DNA of 64,000 nt from Paraspadella gotoi (taxonomy: Eukaryota > Animalia > Chaetognatha). The stretch lies in the NCBI GenBank assembly GCA_051294375.1, contig CM119268.1, positions 18,492,005 to 18,556,004 on the forward strand. The letters run 5' to 3'. Made by a program: the position numbers and the translations under genes. Numbering within the stretch: the stretch's first letter is position 1; each line of letters begins with the position of its first letter. The notes below the pieces were generated by a model, which did not search any database, had not been told where the DNA came from, and was given only the letters and a program-made list of their open reading frames with translations. Shown here one piece after another: positions 13,441-28,791 of this stretch.

Positions 13441-14538
13441 TTTTCATTTAAGTCGATTATTTTTCGGTTTTAATTCTTTCTACACAAACATAAAAATATA
13501 GCCTTGAGTTTTCTAAAAATATTTGTGGCTACAAATTGGGTACCTCGAAATAAATTTCATGGGTACGAGTTGGGTACGCCGCTGAGTTCGCAAGAGAAAA
13601 AATTGTAAACCCGGGCTTTCGCCCCGAAGGAAAACGTAAAGTGAATGAAATCAAAATAAACAAAAGAACGTCGTCGCATTGTACATGGTGACAATTTTAA
13701 ATGTCAGACTTTTGGATAAAATTCACTCTAATACCTCACCTTATGATGTCGCAAATAAAAATAAAAAACAAAATTGTGAATAATATGAATTTCTAAAATG
13801 AGACTCAAAAAAAGGAATCGGTTTCGAGTGAGTGAAGGAGTGACTCGTGATCTCGACTTTCGTGAGACTCAATTTGACGACGTGAATAACTGTCACCGCT
13901 GCCATCCCTTTAAATCCTCGAGGGAAAAAAGGCGCTCTTGAGGAAATATCGGAAAACCGTCGATGAAGCGAATGCAATCAACTTATTGATTAAGCTAACA
14001 AAATTATAAAATTATATCCCTTAAATTTAACATATATTGATGATTCGTTAGATGCTGTCCCGCTCTTTATAATTTTTTTGACAACACATTTCCTCTCTCT
14101 ACCCGCATGACAAAGAGTGAGCATTATCTTTTCCCAATATGCCACCTTGGGTTCACGTCACTTTGGTATACATATATAAATACATAAATAAATAAATACA
14201 GAACTGGACGTCTAACTAATCTATGGTGTCTTTCTACAGTCTGATTCGGGAGCGAGCTAATTACAGGTGGTAATTTGTCATTTAGAAAAAACATCATGAA
14301 AACGCATCGTCAAATTTTAAATTCAGAATAAACGCACAAAAAACGAGAGAAAGAATATATTTCCGCATTTTACTTCGAGAAGAAAATTGCTTTTATTGCT
14401 TTTATTGTTTTTGTAGCGGTCATAATCATATATTATTGGCGAATAACAATGTAATACAGAGAATATATGTAAGATCATCAGACGAGACTAAAAAGAGAGA
14501 GCACGGCACAAATAAAGTAAGATAAAGAGAGTGAGAGA

Positions 14539-14577
<39 letters not shown>

Positions 14578-16845
14578 TAACCGGCCTCCTTCGCGACATA
14601 ATGATCACCGAGGGTTGACCCCATGGCTACGAAACCTTCGTAGACACATTTTTATTCGTTTGAGAAATTTAAGAAGAGTACTGATAATGTTGCCAGTCAT
14701 CAAAATTGTTTGTAAACATACCTTTTTCTAGAAGTAAAAAACTCTCATTTCCTACCCAACTCAGTAAAACGAGCCACATCGCTGAAAAGTTATTTTTCCG
14801 ACGAATTACACGAGTGTGAGCGATCGCGAGCGCGAGAGATCGAAACTAAATCAGAACGGAGTTGAGAGGGATTACAGGGTGAAATGTTTTCAGGCCGAGA
14901 AACCGTAGTGAGAGACGAGAGAGGAGGACGCTCTGCCGGAACGATTGGTGCTTTGAGAAATGATAAAACTTGATATCAAACGGATTGTTTTGTATGATAC
15001 TGAAAGGTAGAAAATATTAAATGTACATACTTGTCAAACTTTATAATTGTTTGGCCACGGAGCCGGAGGAAGAACCAGAGTCGGAGCATAATTAAAAATT
15101 ATCATGGGATTCGAAGCTTTAAAAAAGGCTGGAAAGTTAGGTCAGCTCAAAATTACAAGTCCAATCATAAGTAGGAAGAGATAGAAAAAAAAAAAAAGAC
15201 GGAAGAAATCGGGGGATTGGATGGTGAAAGGAAAATATTAAGAGAGAAAAGATAAGAGGGAAGGCAGAAAAGAAAGAACGAGAGGAAAGAAAGTGAAAGG
15301 AGAAAGATGAATACGGAAATAGGAGGAGGAAATGAGAAAAAGAAAAGAAATGAAATGGGAGGCGGAAAACGCGGGGGCTGGAATTTGATTTCTTTTTAAT
15401 TTTCGATGACAGGGTTATGAACTATTTCCACCGGTTATAGAGAGAGTTTCAGCCTCTGCGAGTCTCTCTGAATATTGGGACGAGAGTCAAGAACGGCATT
15501 TTTTTCTGAATTTCTGAATATCGGAATCTAAAGGAATTTCCTTGTTGTATCTAAAAAAATGCCGTCCGACGTTTTTACTTGAAAAAAAAAAAAAGAATTT
15601 AGATTAAAGGAAGATTTAAAACAAAAAATACAAATACAATAAATAAATATATGTTTCGAGATTCTTTCTCGTTGGAAGAATTTTATGTTTCGAAAAAAGA
15701 ACAGGAGCTTCAGATTCGATTTGAATTAAAGAAAATATAAAAAAATATTGTTTTCGAATCGTGATATTGTAAATCGTGACGTACATTCGTTGCGCCTGGA
15801 AAAAAAAGGGGGGAATACAAATTGTAATTTATCCGAATCAGATATTTTTTCTTTATTTTAATAAGAAACGTACATATAAGAAGGCTCTAAAGATAACATC
15901 TGTATTAAAAAGGGGAAAAAAAATTATGTATAATATCCAGATCAATAAATCCACAATGGTAATAAAACTAACGTTCTAAACTATAGCTACATAACTAACG
16001 TATGTATGTATATATATCTGTTTCTCTCTTTCTCTCGCTCTCCATTTGAAATTAAATTATTGGTATATTATTAGGAAACAGAAACCATCTAACAACGAAG
16101 TTCAAGAAAATAAGAAACGAATAAAAGTTTAACATTGTTTTCGATCCCTTTTAGTTTTAGTGTCAGATAGAAAGCGAGAGAGAAAAGTTAGAGAAATTCT
16201 CTGACAGAATAAGAGATAGAGGGAGATAGAGTCAGACAGAGAGAAAATGAGAAAGACAGAGAATGAATGGTCGCATTCGAAAACAGCGGCATATATATAT
16301 CGAGTTTCCGAAAATAGTGCCGAGTCTGACCCGCGACCCAGGGAAATAGACGGGCGGGGCAGAGGGTCAGTATAAAAAAATGGGGGGCATTATTTCCAGA
16401 GTGACTGAGGGGGGAATGACATAGAGAATAACTGAGGGAGTGACTGAGAGAATGAATGACTGGAGAGGAATGCTGTTATAGACAATGGCTAGAAGTAAGA
16501 AAATAACATTTAGGTAAATTTTCAATGATCATTATATTTTTTTAAAGTTATTTTAAATATATACATATTTATTCCTTATCATCTTCATCGATTACATTGC
16601 CTTAAAACAAATAAAGGCTTAAAAATAAGAGGGCAGTTCATATTATTATCATTGTTAACGTCATAAAAATATATCATCATGCTGGCTTGAGGATTGTCGA
16701 CAAAAAGGAAATTTGCGATCGAGTAATACTAATTGATAATTATTAATTACAAATAATGAAAAAAAATCATTCAAAATCATTTTTTCACTTTTTTTTAATT
16801 TTGTATGTATATGTAAAGAGAGAGAGAGAGAGATGATGGAGAGAC

Positions 16846-16883
<38 letters not shown>

Positions 16884-17575
16884 AGAGAAGAGAGACGAGA
16901 GAGAGAGAGAGAGAGAGAAACAGAGAGACCGAAAGAATGGGCGATAAAAAAAAAGAAAACAGAGAAGCGAAAGAAAATGAGAGCCGAGGTCATAACGAGG
17001 TCAACTCTACTCTGCTTTATCTTTTTTTTTTACAATGTTAAGTTTGAACTACACCCTTCCCCTCTTTCCAACGGATTATGTGGTTAAAAAAAAGTAATAA
17101 AAAATAACTTCTTCGTTTCTTTCGGAGTCGGCTTTCGATCAATTATCTTTTTTCCCCTTAAATTATTTTCCTCCATGAATATTTCAAAAAGACGTGGGAA
17201 CGGTTTTTTTTTCACAGTTTGATGGAAAATCGGAGGAAAGGAAGGAGGAATAGGAGGAAAGAAGAAAGGAAAAAGGAGGAAAGGAAAGAAAAGCGAGAGA
17301 TGGAGGAATGAAGGAGACGGATCGAATTCGCGGGAAATGTAAACAAAAGTAAAACGTTCGTTTGGATTTCCCTTGGCTTCAAGGTTGAGGGACGATGTTG
17401 CATTTTCTTGCAAACTTGTTTCATACTTTACCTTTTTCAGACAACAAGGATTAGCCCACCCGGTAGTTGAATGATAACTCCAATTTGCGAATGAAAAGGG
17501 GCCTCCTTTAAAAAAAGTTGAAGGGCATTTACTGCATCTGTTTATTATCCATTCTCTCCCTTTATTGTGTTCTTT

Positions 17576-17606
<31 letters not shown>

Positions 17607-17908
17607 NNNNNNNNNNNNNNNNNNNNNNNNNNNNNNNNNNNNNNNNNNNNNNNNNNNNNNNNNNNNNNNNNNNNNNNNNNNNNNNNNNNNNNNNNNNNNN
17701 NNNNNNNNNNNNNNNNNNNNNNNNNNNNNNNNNNNNNNNNNNNNNNNNNNNNNNNNNNNNNNNNNNNNNNNNNNNNNNNNNNNNNNNNNNNNNNNNNNNN
17801 NNNNNNNNNNNNNNNNNNNNNNNNNNNNNNNNNNNNNNNNNNNNNNNNNNNNNNNNNNNNNNNNNNNNNNNNNNNNNNNNNNNNNNNNNNNNNNNNNNNN
17901 NNNNNNNN
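17607..17908. other. Assembly gap (N run); smaller gaps at ~18049, 29480, 32600, 56571 and 58018
   Basis: N characters; the large gap is flanked by microsatellites. Confidence 0.99.
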
Positions 17909-18766
17909 TTCTTTCTTTCTTTCTTTCTTTCTTTCTTTTTTTTTTATCCCCACATATTTTGGTTGCCCTTTGAATATCCTCCGCCATTTTAATTCCTTTC
18001 GGCGACTCACATCCGGGTTTTAGAGTCTCTCGCTGGCCGATTCATTCCGNNNNNNNNNNATATCTTATACCACTTATTTTATTTTACATTTACATTTTTC
18101 ATTATTTTTAAGAATCAATTTTAAATATTTTCACGCATTAAACTTTCTTTATCAACACCCCCCCCCCCAGTTAAATACTCTCGATTCAGGCGCCGATCTC
18201 TCTCATTCTGACTCTTTTCTTTTTTTGCTTCCCGAACTTTAATCTGACCCATTGCTCCCGCATTTTTTTCCTCTTCCATTTTCCTGCAAAAAGAAAAGAA
18301 AAAAAAGCCCATATCTCTCTTCTCTTTCCCTAACACTTTTTCCCTCGTATCAATTCCTTTCTACTTCCCTTATTTTTCTTTCTTCGCGCGCCCCGCCTCA
18401 TCGCCTCCTCCTCCTCCTCCTCCTCTTCTTTCCTCCTTTCCTCTTCCTCTTCCTCCATTTACTCTTCACTTTCGCTCGTGCCAGCAAAGGCGTCGTTTTT
18501 CTTTCCCCTGGAACCACAAAGAGTCGACCTCTGAAGAAAAAAAAGAAAAAGAAAAAAATTTCAACTAAAATTCTTTAAAAAAAAAAATAAATTTAATATA
18601 TTTTTTAATCGTAACAATTTTAATCCAATTTTTTTTACTATTTTTGTGTTTATCTTTTTATTAAAAAACAACTCCAACAACATACTGGATCCTTTTTTCA
18701 CTCTCAAAATATGTAATTATGTACAACCTCTTACAACTAACTTAACTCACTATGGCCTCTCCAAAA

Positions 18767-18844
<78 letters not shown>

Positions 18845-19305
18845 CCTTTCACTCTTTCGCCTTCCTGCGCTGAGCAAGTTCAAAAGGCGCAAGAAAGCGA
18901 GGAAGAAAAATGAATTTCAACAAGTAATATTTCCAATTTTCCAATTTTGTTTAAAGATTCCGTCAAATTTTCCCTCGCCTGTGACGTCGGTAAACGTCAA
19001 TTCTACTTCTATTTAACAAGTTAGTTAATCTGATATCTCTATTTATTTATCGCTTCTCATTTACGAAAAAAAATATCATATGACTAATTACATTTTTAAT
19101 TTTCAATAACAACAATAATAAATTTAAAATGTCATCGAAAAATTGTTTACGGCATCGAACAATTTAACGAATGAAGAAAAATAAAAGTTGACAATTTTTT
19201 AAATTTTTTTTCTTTAATTTTAAATAATTCCGATACATCACACATTCACACATCACATCGTCGGTTTTCTGAGCTGCGATTCGTCGTCAAAATGACAGAA
19301 CAAAG

Positions 19306-19437
<132 letters not shown>

Positions 19438-20581
19438 CAGATATAAAAATAAAAAAGAGTTATGGACTTCAAGCTCAGTCGCATACTTTACTATCTACAC
19501 AAGCAATGTCATTTCAATCCATCCATCCGATTGTAAATAATTGAAATAATTATTAGTAAATATAAGTAAACGAATTTAATTAAATATGACACGTACACTT
19601 CTATCACTTTTTCACACATTTTCCTACTTTTTCATCTCATTCCATCCATCCGTTCAAGAGTAGTTGGAGATTAAAGCTAAGTGGGGATAAACATATGGAC
19701 GGACGGAAAGACACATCTTATATATATTTTTTGCATAATAATATAGTAATTCGATTTTCTAAGGGCAGTGATTTTGATTTGGGTATTTTCAACAATGAAA
19801 TTGAAACTTAAATAACTATTATTTCTTTTTTTCCCACTGATAAATATGAAACACTCTTTATTTAAAAAACGGTTGGGCTTAGTTATCTTCTCCTTATGAC
19901 ATAGAACTCACTGGGTGAATTTCTATGCTTTCAAAATACGGTAAGACATGATTTCTTTTACGACAATCATTCTAATTACGGTATCTGCCATAATTAAGAT
20001 GAAACTAAAACGATTTTTCATGGTAAGGGGAACTTTTAAAGATTAAATTTCTCGTCAGATCTATCGCGTTTTTTAGATATACTACTGCTTAGGCAAAACA
20101 ACGGCACGGTATATTTAAAACTTTTTTCTTTTTTTATCCACTATTTTTTTTTCTCTTGAATCTTCTCTCTGTCTCTTTCTTTTTCTCTCTGTATTTCTCT
20201 CCCTTTCTGCTACTTTTCTGTCCTCATATTTCTCTGGGTCATCCTTCTTTTCTTCCTTAACCTTTATTTCCCTTCCACTCAATCTCTGTTTTTCTCTCCC
20301 TCTCTGATTCTCTTTCCTCCCTGTTTCTTATCTTTCTTTTCTCTCAATTGTTCTCGTTTCCCCCTCTCTCCCCATATATTAATTTCTTTCCACTCTTTCT
20401 TCCTCTCCCTTCAATTTTTTTCACCCATTCTCTCTCTTCTCTCATCTTTTTCTCATTCTCACTCATTTTTTGCATTCATTTCATACTGGATGTATAAAAA
20501 TCTTTAAAATGTAATGTAAGAAAAAAAATCTAGGGTAGTGTATGATTTTAGCGGAAGTTTGGTTGCCAAGCAGATTTAAAA

Positions 20582-20628
20582 AATCGACAGATTTTTGCGG
20601 AAATTTTTTCCGCAAAAACCTGTCGATT
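20582..20628. repeat. Near-perfect palindrome/hairpin
   Basis: AATCGACAGATTTTTGCGGAAA-ttt-TTTCCGCAAAAACCTGTCGATT, a ~22-bp stem with one mismatch. Confidence 0.8.
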
Positions 20629-22215
20629 GAGAGAAATTAATCTGCTGACGCTTCCCCTTTCAATAAAAGAAGGCGGTTTTTTTTAATTTGTCAACTTTAG
20701 TATGTTTCTCAGCTATTAAAACTATAAAATAAGTCAAAAACCGAGTTTAAGTTCAAATAAAATGCACCTCACAAATCCTCACAAATTAAAAGTAGGCTTA
20801 AAAATTTTTTTCCAGCTAAAGTATTAAATATTTTGCCCTAATTTTTTAGGTACCAGAAGCACCAACAATAGGGAATATTTGATTAGAATTGTGGACATTT
20901 TGAAGTATTTTTGTTATAACAATTGTAATAAAATGTAAAAATGTAAGTTTTTGACTAGTCAATTTAAAAATTAATTCATAGGCAAACAATAGATGATTAA
21001 CATCAAATGAACCAACTCAGAGGTAAAGAAGATAAGAAGGACCCGAAAGCCAGAGTAAAACATTTTTCTTCTATGAACTTGGTATTCAAATCTCAAGACA
21101 AAAGTCAAAATGGACAAAAATGGACATGATTTTTTTTATTAAAAGTAGCAAAAATGATATTGATTCTTAATTAGAAAATGCAGCAGAGGATTTCAATTAA
21201 TCCGTAGTCTAGCCAACTTTGTCTTAGAGTTAAAATTTAATCACTTTTGTTGGTAATATTCTAACATTATTGAAAAAAGTGGTTTTTTGCTAAATTCCTA
21301 GATAGAAATCACTGCCTAAGATGATTCTAAGTGACTGACCGACCAAATCATGGGGGGCGACCGAAAGACCGACAAAGAGTCGGAATCTGCAATCAACTGA
21401 TCCGGCTAAAAATAAAAAAATTAAAAGAAAGATACAAAAATGAATTGTGGTGAATCATGCTCTGTAGTAACTCACTTAACAATCAATTAATTAACTTAAC
21501 ACTCATTTAATCCTAACCCTCACTCTATATGAAGTGTCGGGATGGCCATAAGTCTCTTTGGCGGCGTGAGGGGGCGCGAGAGGGCTTAACATATTCAGAG
21601 ACCAATTAACCGTTGTTCTTTTATTAATTAAACTAGTATTCAATTATCTTTATGCCCTTGTTGAAGGGAGGAGTCTTTAAAATATTTTACTTTTTTTAAT
21701 AAATTCGGGCCAAAATAATTAGTTTGAAAAACTACATTAGGTCGCTGTCTCTCATCCTACCATAAACTGCGCCCGTTTAGTAAATAATAATAGTAACATA
21801 GACATAGACATTGATCTTATACATAGTAACACATTTTTAAAACTAGTATTTTGGAAACAGCCTGTGCTTGGTGCTTCACCTTCTTTTTAATTTTTACAAT
21901 TTTATTTTTTAATTTTGTTTTTACATTTTTCTGGTTAATTCTATTTAACACTTTTATTGTATATATCATGACCTGATAAAACAAACGGCAATATTATTTA
22001 CAACACGTAACTTTTTTTATCAAATTCAAAGTTAACTGTAGATTACATAACATAAAGAGATAAGAAAATTACAATTTTACTCTTGACATGAGAAAACAAA
22101 CCAATAATAATAAGTCGATTCAAAAGTCTGCATTCAAAAAGCCTTTTAAATTGATGTATGAGATATTACAGGTTACAAAAGTTATTAATGGCAAGACTGT
22201 TCAAGTGCTCACAGC

Positions 22216-23520
<1,305 letters not shown>

Positions 23521-24112
23521 AGGGGAAAGAAATTGGGAATAAAAATGGGGAATGGGAAAAGTATAAAAAGAAAAGAAAACCAAAAAGTAAACCCGATATA
23601 AAATGTAAAAGTGCAGAAAATTGTTTAAGAATTTCTATGCCCGCTTGGTCGAGCGTTCCAGGCGTCGGCCGTCCGAAACAATGTTTTAACATGGGCTAAC
23701 TGTAGAATCCGAGAAAGCGTTCTTGTTAAATCTTGAAGATGTAGAATAAATGTAAAATTTATTGTATTTTCGTGAGGATAAATCATGAATAATGTGGTTA
23801 AAAATGTGAATTTACAAAAACCCGTGAAAGCTAAAGTTGCGGGCGGCCGATGTGATTTACAAAATAGTTTCTTTGTCAATGATCTGTTTCTCTAATAAAC
23901 GGCTAAAAGAAAACTCGTAAAAGCGACAAGACCGCGAAAAGAAAGTGGCCGGTTAAGGTCAAGTTAAAAGAATGACTGAGCAACAATATTAACGGTTATG
24001 TTCTTCTTTTTTATTTAATTAAAGGGTGAGGAGATTTGAAACAAACAGTTGGAAAAATGATAAAGAATACAAAAAGAAAATATTGTGGCGAATCCTAAAT
24101 TCGCTTGTTGAA

Positions 24113-24288
24113 ACTCAGCTCGTCCCATTGGCTTGGACAGTTAAGTCTGAGTCCCGGGTTCAATCCCCTCACGGTCACGCTGGTTAAAGTGTGAGGGTGT
24201 CGGCATGTCCAAAACCCTGAGCGCCAGCTGTCGGAAGATCCCTCACACCCCGGGCATTACACATGTCCCCCCGTTGCCATAATATAAT
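24113..24288 (+). mobile_element. tRNA-derived SINE, family A copy 2
   Basis: CAGCTCGTCCCATTGG (A-box-like), GGGTTCAATCCC (B-box) and an (ATAAT)2 tail. Homologous to 4851-5046. Confidence 0.7.
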
Positions 24289-25259
24289 GACTCTTTTTTT
24301 CTCCTCATCACTCGTTCATTTTTCAATAACATTCGTTTTTTGAACCGCTCAGTGAGCTTCGTGTTATTCTTCGTCGGGGACAACAAAACAGACAATTTCA
24401 ACGACTTCGACGACGACGACGACGACGACGATGGGGACAACAACAACGACGACCGTGAATCCGCCACTGTTCCGCCAAAATTGTCCATAATGCGCGTTAT
24501 GACGCTCGTAAATCGCGCCTCGTAACGTTTCCCTTTTTTTTTCTCCTGGCGGGGAACGTTTGCGTTTTCCTGGGAAAAAAAAGTAAATATATCTGTAGTA
24601 TTAGAAAAAGTAAGGTTCTACTAGGAAAGTTGATTGAAGTGGTCTGCTTCGCCTATTAATTAATAGTCCTATAAAGCCGACGATTAATGTTTTCTCAGTT
24701 TTTACTTTCCACTGCGTTATGTTTAAAATATTCCTTTTAAATTTACATTATTTTTTTAATTTCACCCTCATATGCAAACTCTCAAATAATTTTTTTATTA
24801 TAGCGTTAACAACAAAAAATAACCGTCGACAACAAGGACAACATCAACGACAACAATAACGACAACAACAACGGGTGTTCAGTCGGGTAAAATTCCCAGG
24901 AACGAAGGGCGGGGCGAAAGGCTGATGAGGTGATTGTTTTCGTTGTCGTCGTCGTTGTTGTTGTTGTTGCTCGCGGAACTAAAAATAGAAAAGTTGTGAT
25001 CGCTCTCGATCAAGAAAATTGGGTCTAAACAGAAAAAACATGAAAACAAAAACAAACAACTTTGAAAAGCTGACATTTTAAAACTTTGTTGGAGAAATCA
25101 GAGTATTATCCTTAACAAACATCCGTTCATCTAACTTATTCTAATTAATATGATTTAATTCCTCATTTACTCCATTTTGTAAAAGTGATTCCATATTTCT
25201 TTTTAGTTCCCGAGCTCTAACACAATTTTTCGACACAAAATCCTTCTCTCTCTCTCTCC

Positions 25260-25299
<40 letters not shown>

Positions 25300-25542
25300 G
25301 CCAAAATCCGCTCGTTTAGCCTAATTAGATTTTCCCATTCCGCCTTCCACTTCATAGTAGACTCTGACTGACAAGACCCTCCTACTTCACGACCCCATAT
25401 ACTCCATATACTATATACAACATACTACATAACATATACTACATACCCCTATTAGCTATTTCTAGCCCCTTCACACCAGGAGCTAAAATTGGTGAAAAAG
25501 AGCTTTTTCAGCCGCGCTCAATTCACTAAGGGAAAGAGAGAG

Positions 25543-25598
<56 letters not shown>

Positions 25599-25603
25599 AA
25601 GAG

Positions 25604-25651
<48 letters not shown>

Positions 25652-25783
25652 AGAAGAGAGAGAGAGAGAGAAAGGTTGAATGAATTGATGAGATTCTTAG
25701 CGGGAGGTTTCGCCTCTGGGCGACCAGCGGCTCTAAGTGAAGATCAACACGATTTTTATGGGATTATTCTTTCCCCTCTACGT

Positions 25784-25863
<80 letters not shown>

Positions 25864-28291
25864 CTCTCTCACTCTTTCTCCCCTCTCTTTCCCTCCTCTC
25901 TTTCTATTTAATGTGAATTGATATCTCCGTTACTTTTTGGAAGCGCGTTTTTCCTCAGTCTGTGGTCTCTGGCGAAGAGTATAATTTCCAGAGTGACCGA
26001 GAGTGTTTTTTATTGATCATTTGTTCATTAACCAAAAGATAATTGAACAAGAAGCATGACGTTAGAAAAATAAAGAAAAGGTAAAGTAGAGTCTGACAAA
26101 CAGCTTGTTTCCTATTATCGGTTCTCTTCAAATTTCTTAGTTTTTCATTCTTTATCTGTTCTTAAATTTTAACCGGATGCCTTTACAGTTTTTTTTTTTA
26201 ATTAAAAAAATGTCAACTATAAATTTAGAAAAAGTAAATGTGTTCTCATTTATATTGTAGAATAAAAATTCGAAAATGCCCACGGAAAACGTCTTTTTCG
26301 AAAGTCTGTAAATTTTCGCGGGTATAAATATAAAAGCAGAGTATAAAACTCGCAGTAACTGTCTTCATCGAGCGATTATAAACCGTCGCTCCTGCCACCG
26401 CCGCCACCGCCACTACCGCCACCACCGCCGCCACCGCCACTACCGCTACCACCGCCGCCACAGCAGACTCTATCGCCGCCTCTTGCAGTATACGACCCAT
26501 AAATTGGAGACTTCGACGAGAAAATATGCGTTCGATGTCTTCCGATGTGGTAGTGTGCATTGCACACTTTCGGTGTGGTAGAGTGTGCATTGCACACTAC
26601 GCTGTTCATAATCAACATTGCGCGGTCGCTTGGAAACGAGCTCTGACGAAAAACGTGAACACCCTTTACTTTTCCTCACTTTCAAAACGAGCTCTATTTC
26701 TCTTCAACGAACCCTGAAACTATATCGAGCTTCGTGGTGACAAAATTTTCTCGAGGCTGCGCCCTCTCGCTAAGGATTCTTTAAAGATTCATTTCTTACC
26801 CATATCATCGTGATTAGTGATTACTTCTCGCTTTTTAATCGCGTTATCGGAGGCTGTTAAACAAATATTATGAACACTTTTTCCCAAAATATTTATAAGT
26901 CATTAAATGTTTTTCTGTGTCAAGAAACTTAATTTTACTTGATTTTTCTCTACATGCACTCTACTACCAATATGAAAACTGTCGCATAAGAAGAACTACT
27001 TTACTTTTCATTGTGATATTTCCTTTCATTTTTTCTCTGTGATATTTATCTTTATTTTCATTCCTCTTTCGCTTGCTCTCCCGTCATTTCCGCCTTCCAA
27101 GTTGATTAGCTTCCCGCCTGCGACTTTCTTATTCTCTCGCCTTTTCTCGCCCCATGACCCGACGAGCCATAGCTCGGTCGTTGGCGTTAATACAATCAAG
27201 TAGAGACTGGGCTAAATGGCCCGGGCACGACGGGGCGCAAGAAGCCCAAATGGCCTCCACCGCCAGCCCGGGATGAGTCGAGGGCACCGTTGATTGTTTT
27301 TTTTTATTTGAGTTGAAAAGAAAAATAGTTTTTAGGATCCCACCAGATGAGTTGTTGTCAATAAATGTTTTTTTGTTTCGTCATTATGTAAAACTATTGC
27401 AACTGTGAGAATGCCGACGAAACCCGAAGCAAGGGGTTTCTCACCAACTGGCTTAGGTGGTCAGTAACTGCCTCATGTCACTGGCATTTAAACCAAGACG
27501 AGGAAAAACAAAGAAAGATTGAAACGGGGACTCTGCTTTGAGACAATAGTGGCAATAGTGCATCCCTTCGCATTGCACGTTACCCACTTGATTCATACAT
27601 ACATACTCACTAAGTTTTAACTTTATCTTTTTTCTCGCTCCCGGTATCTTCTCTATTAACTAAATTCAAAGGCTTGTCGTCTCAACCATCACACTATTCA
27701 CACAATGAGATCACCACCAGATCTCTGATATCAAGTCTGGATTTACTAGTTGTGAGTCACCACTCTAACGTCACCTCCGAACACACCAAAACGACTCTCG
27801 GTCAACCAAAAATACTCTCCTCCCTTTCCCTTCTCTCTGCTCCTTGACTTCACGCTTCGCCGGTTTGAGTTTATTTACCTAATACTTTTTCGGGAGTTCC
27901 TTTTTTTGCTTCGACTCGGACTACTAGACTAGGAAAGAAAGAAATAAAAAAGGGTAGTCTCTCTCTATTTCTCTTTCTCTATCTCTCTCGGTATCTCACT
28001 CTTTCTTTTTTTTTATTTCTTATTTTATTTCCGTTTTGACAAGAAATTTTATTTCATATATTTTTTAGTCTTTTGTCCCGACATCTTCCCAAAGGACTGG
28101 GAACGCCGAGTGGACAAGCCGCTGCGGGCGGCGAGCGCCGAGATTATGCGAGTGCCGAGAGTCTGCGAGCGAAGTCGAGATGCTAAACCCTCCGCCAAGA
28201 ATAATCCTTTTCATCCGCATTTTCTATTAAATGGAGGGAACGAGGAAAGAGTGGGTGGGATGTAAAGGAATCTGCCTTTTCACTTCATGGG

Positions 28292-28359
<68 letters not shown>

Positions 28360-28708
28360 CCCTGTCTCCCCAGCACAGCAATCAATAGAGAGTCAATACA
28401 AGCGGGGCGGTTCCTCTCGATCATAGGGAAGGAGAGTGGGGCGTGGGGGAGTTAGGGAAGAGGAGAGCCTTGCTCCGATGGGCGGGAAGGCAAGCCGGCT
28501 GCCAGCTCGGAGGCGGGGGAGGGGGGGCGCCGAGAGATTTGGGATTACATACGGATTTGGGAAAGTGGCGAGCTAACTACATCCTGGAGGGACGGGGAGG
28601 GAGGAATAAATCACGATTTTGAGAGACGGTAATTGGAAGGATGGAAGAGAAAAGGAAATTGCTGAGAGAGAGAAGAAGGGAAAAATGAAGGGTGAGGGAG
28701 GGAGGGAG

Positions 28709-28791
<83 letters not shown>

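Noticed and set aside
24113-24200. tRNA gene
   Set aside because: A B-box is present but no cloverleaf can be built. The sequence continues into a body shared with 4851-5046, so it is a SINE.
26376-26470. Gly/Ala-rich ORFs
   Set aside because: They derive from a (GCC/ACC)n trinucleotide repeat with no other coding evidence.
26630-26700. Additional hammerhead at CTGACGA (also CTGATGA ~24922 and CTGACGA ~61104)
   Set aside because: No stem II plus GAAA plus stem I/III pairing could be built.
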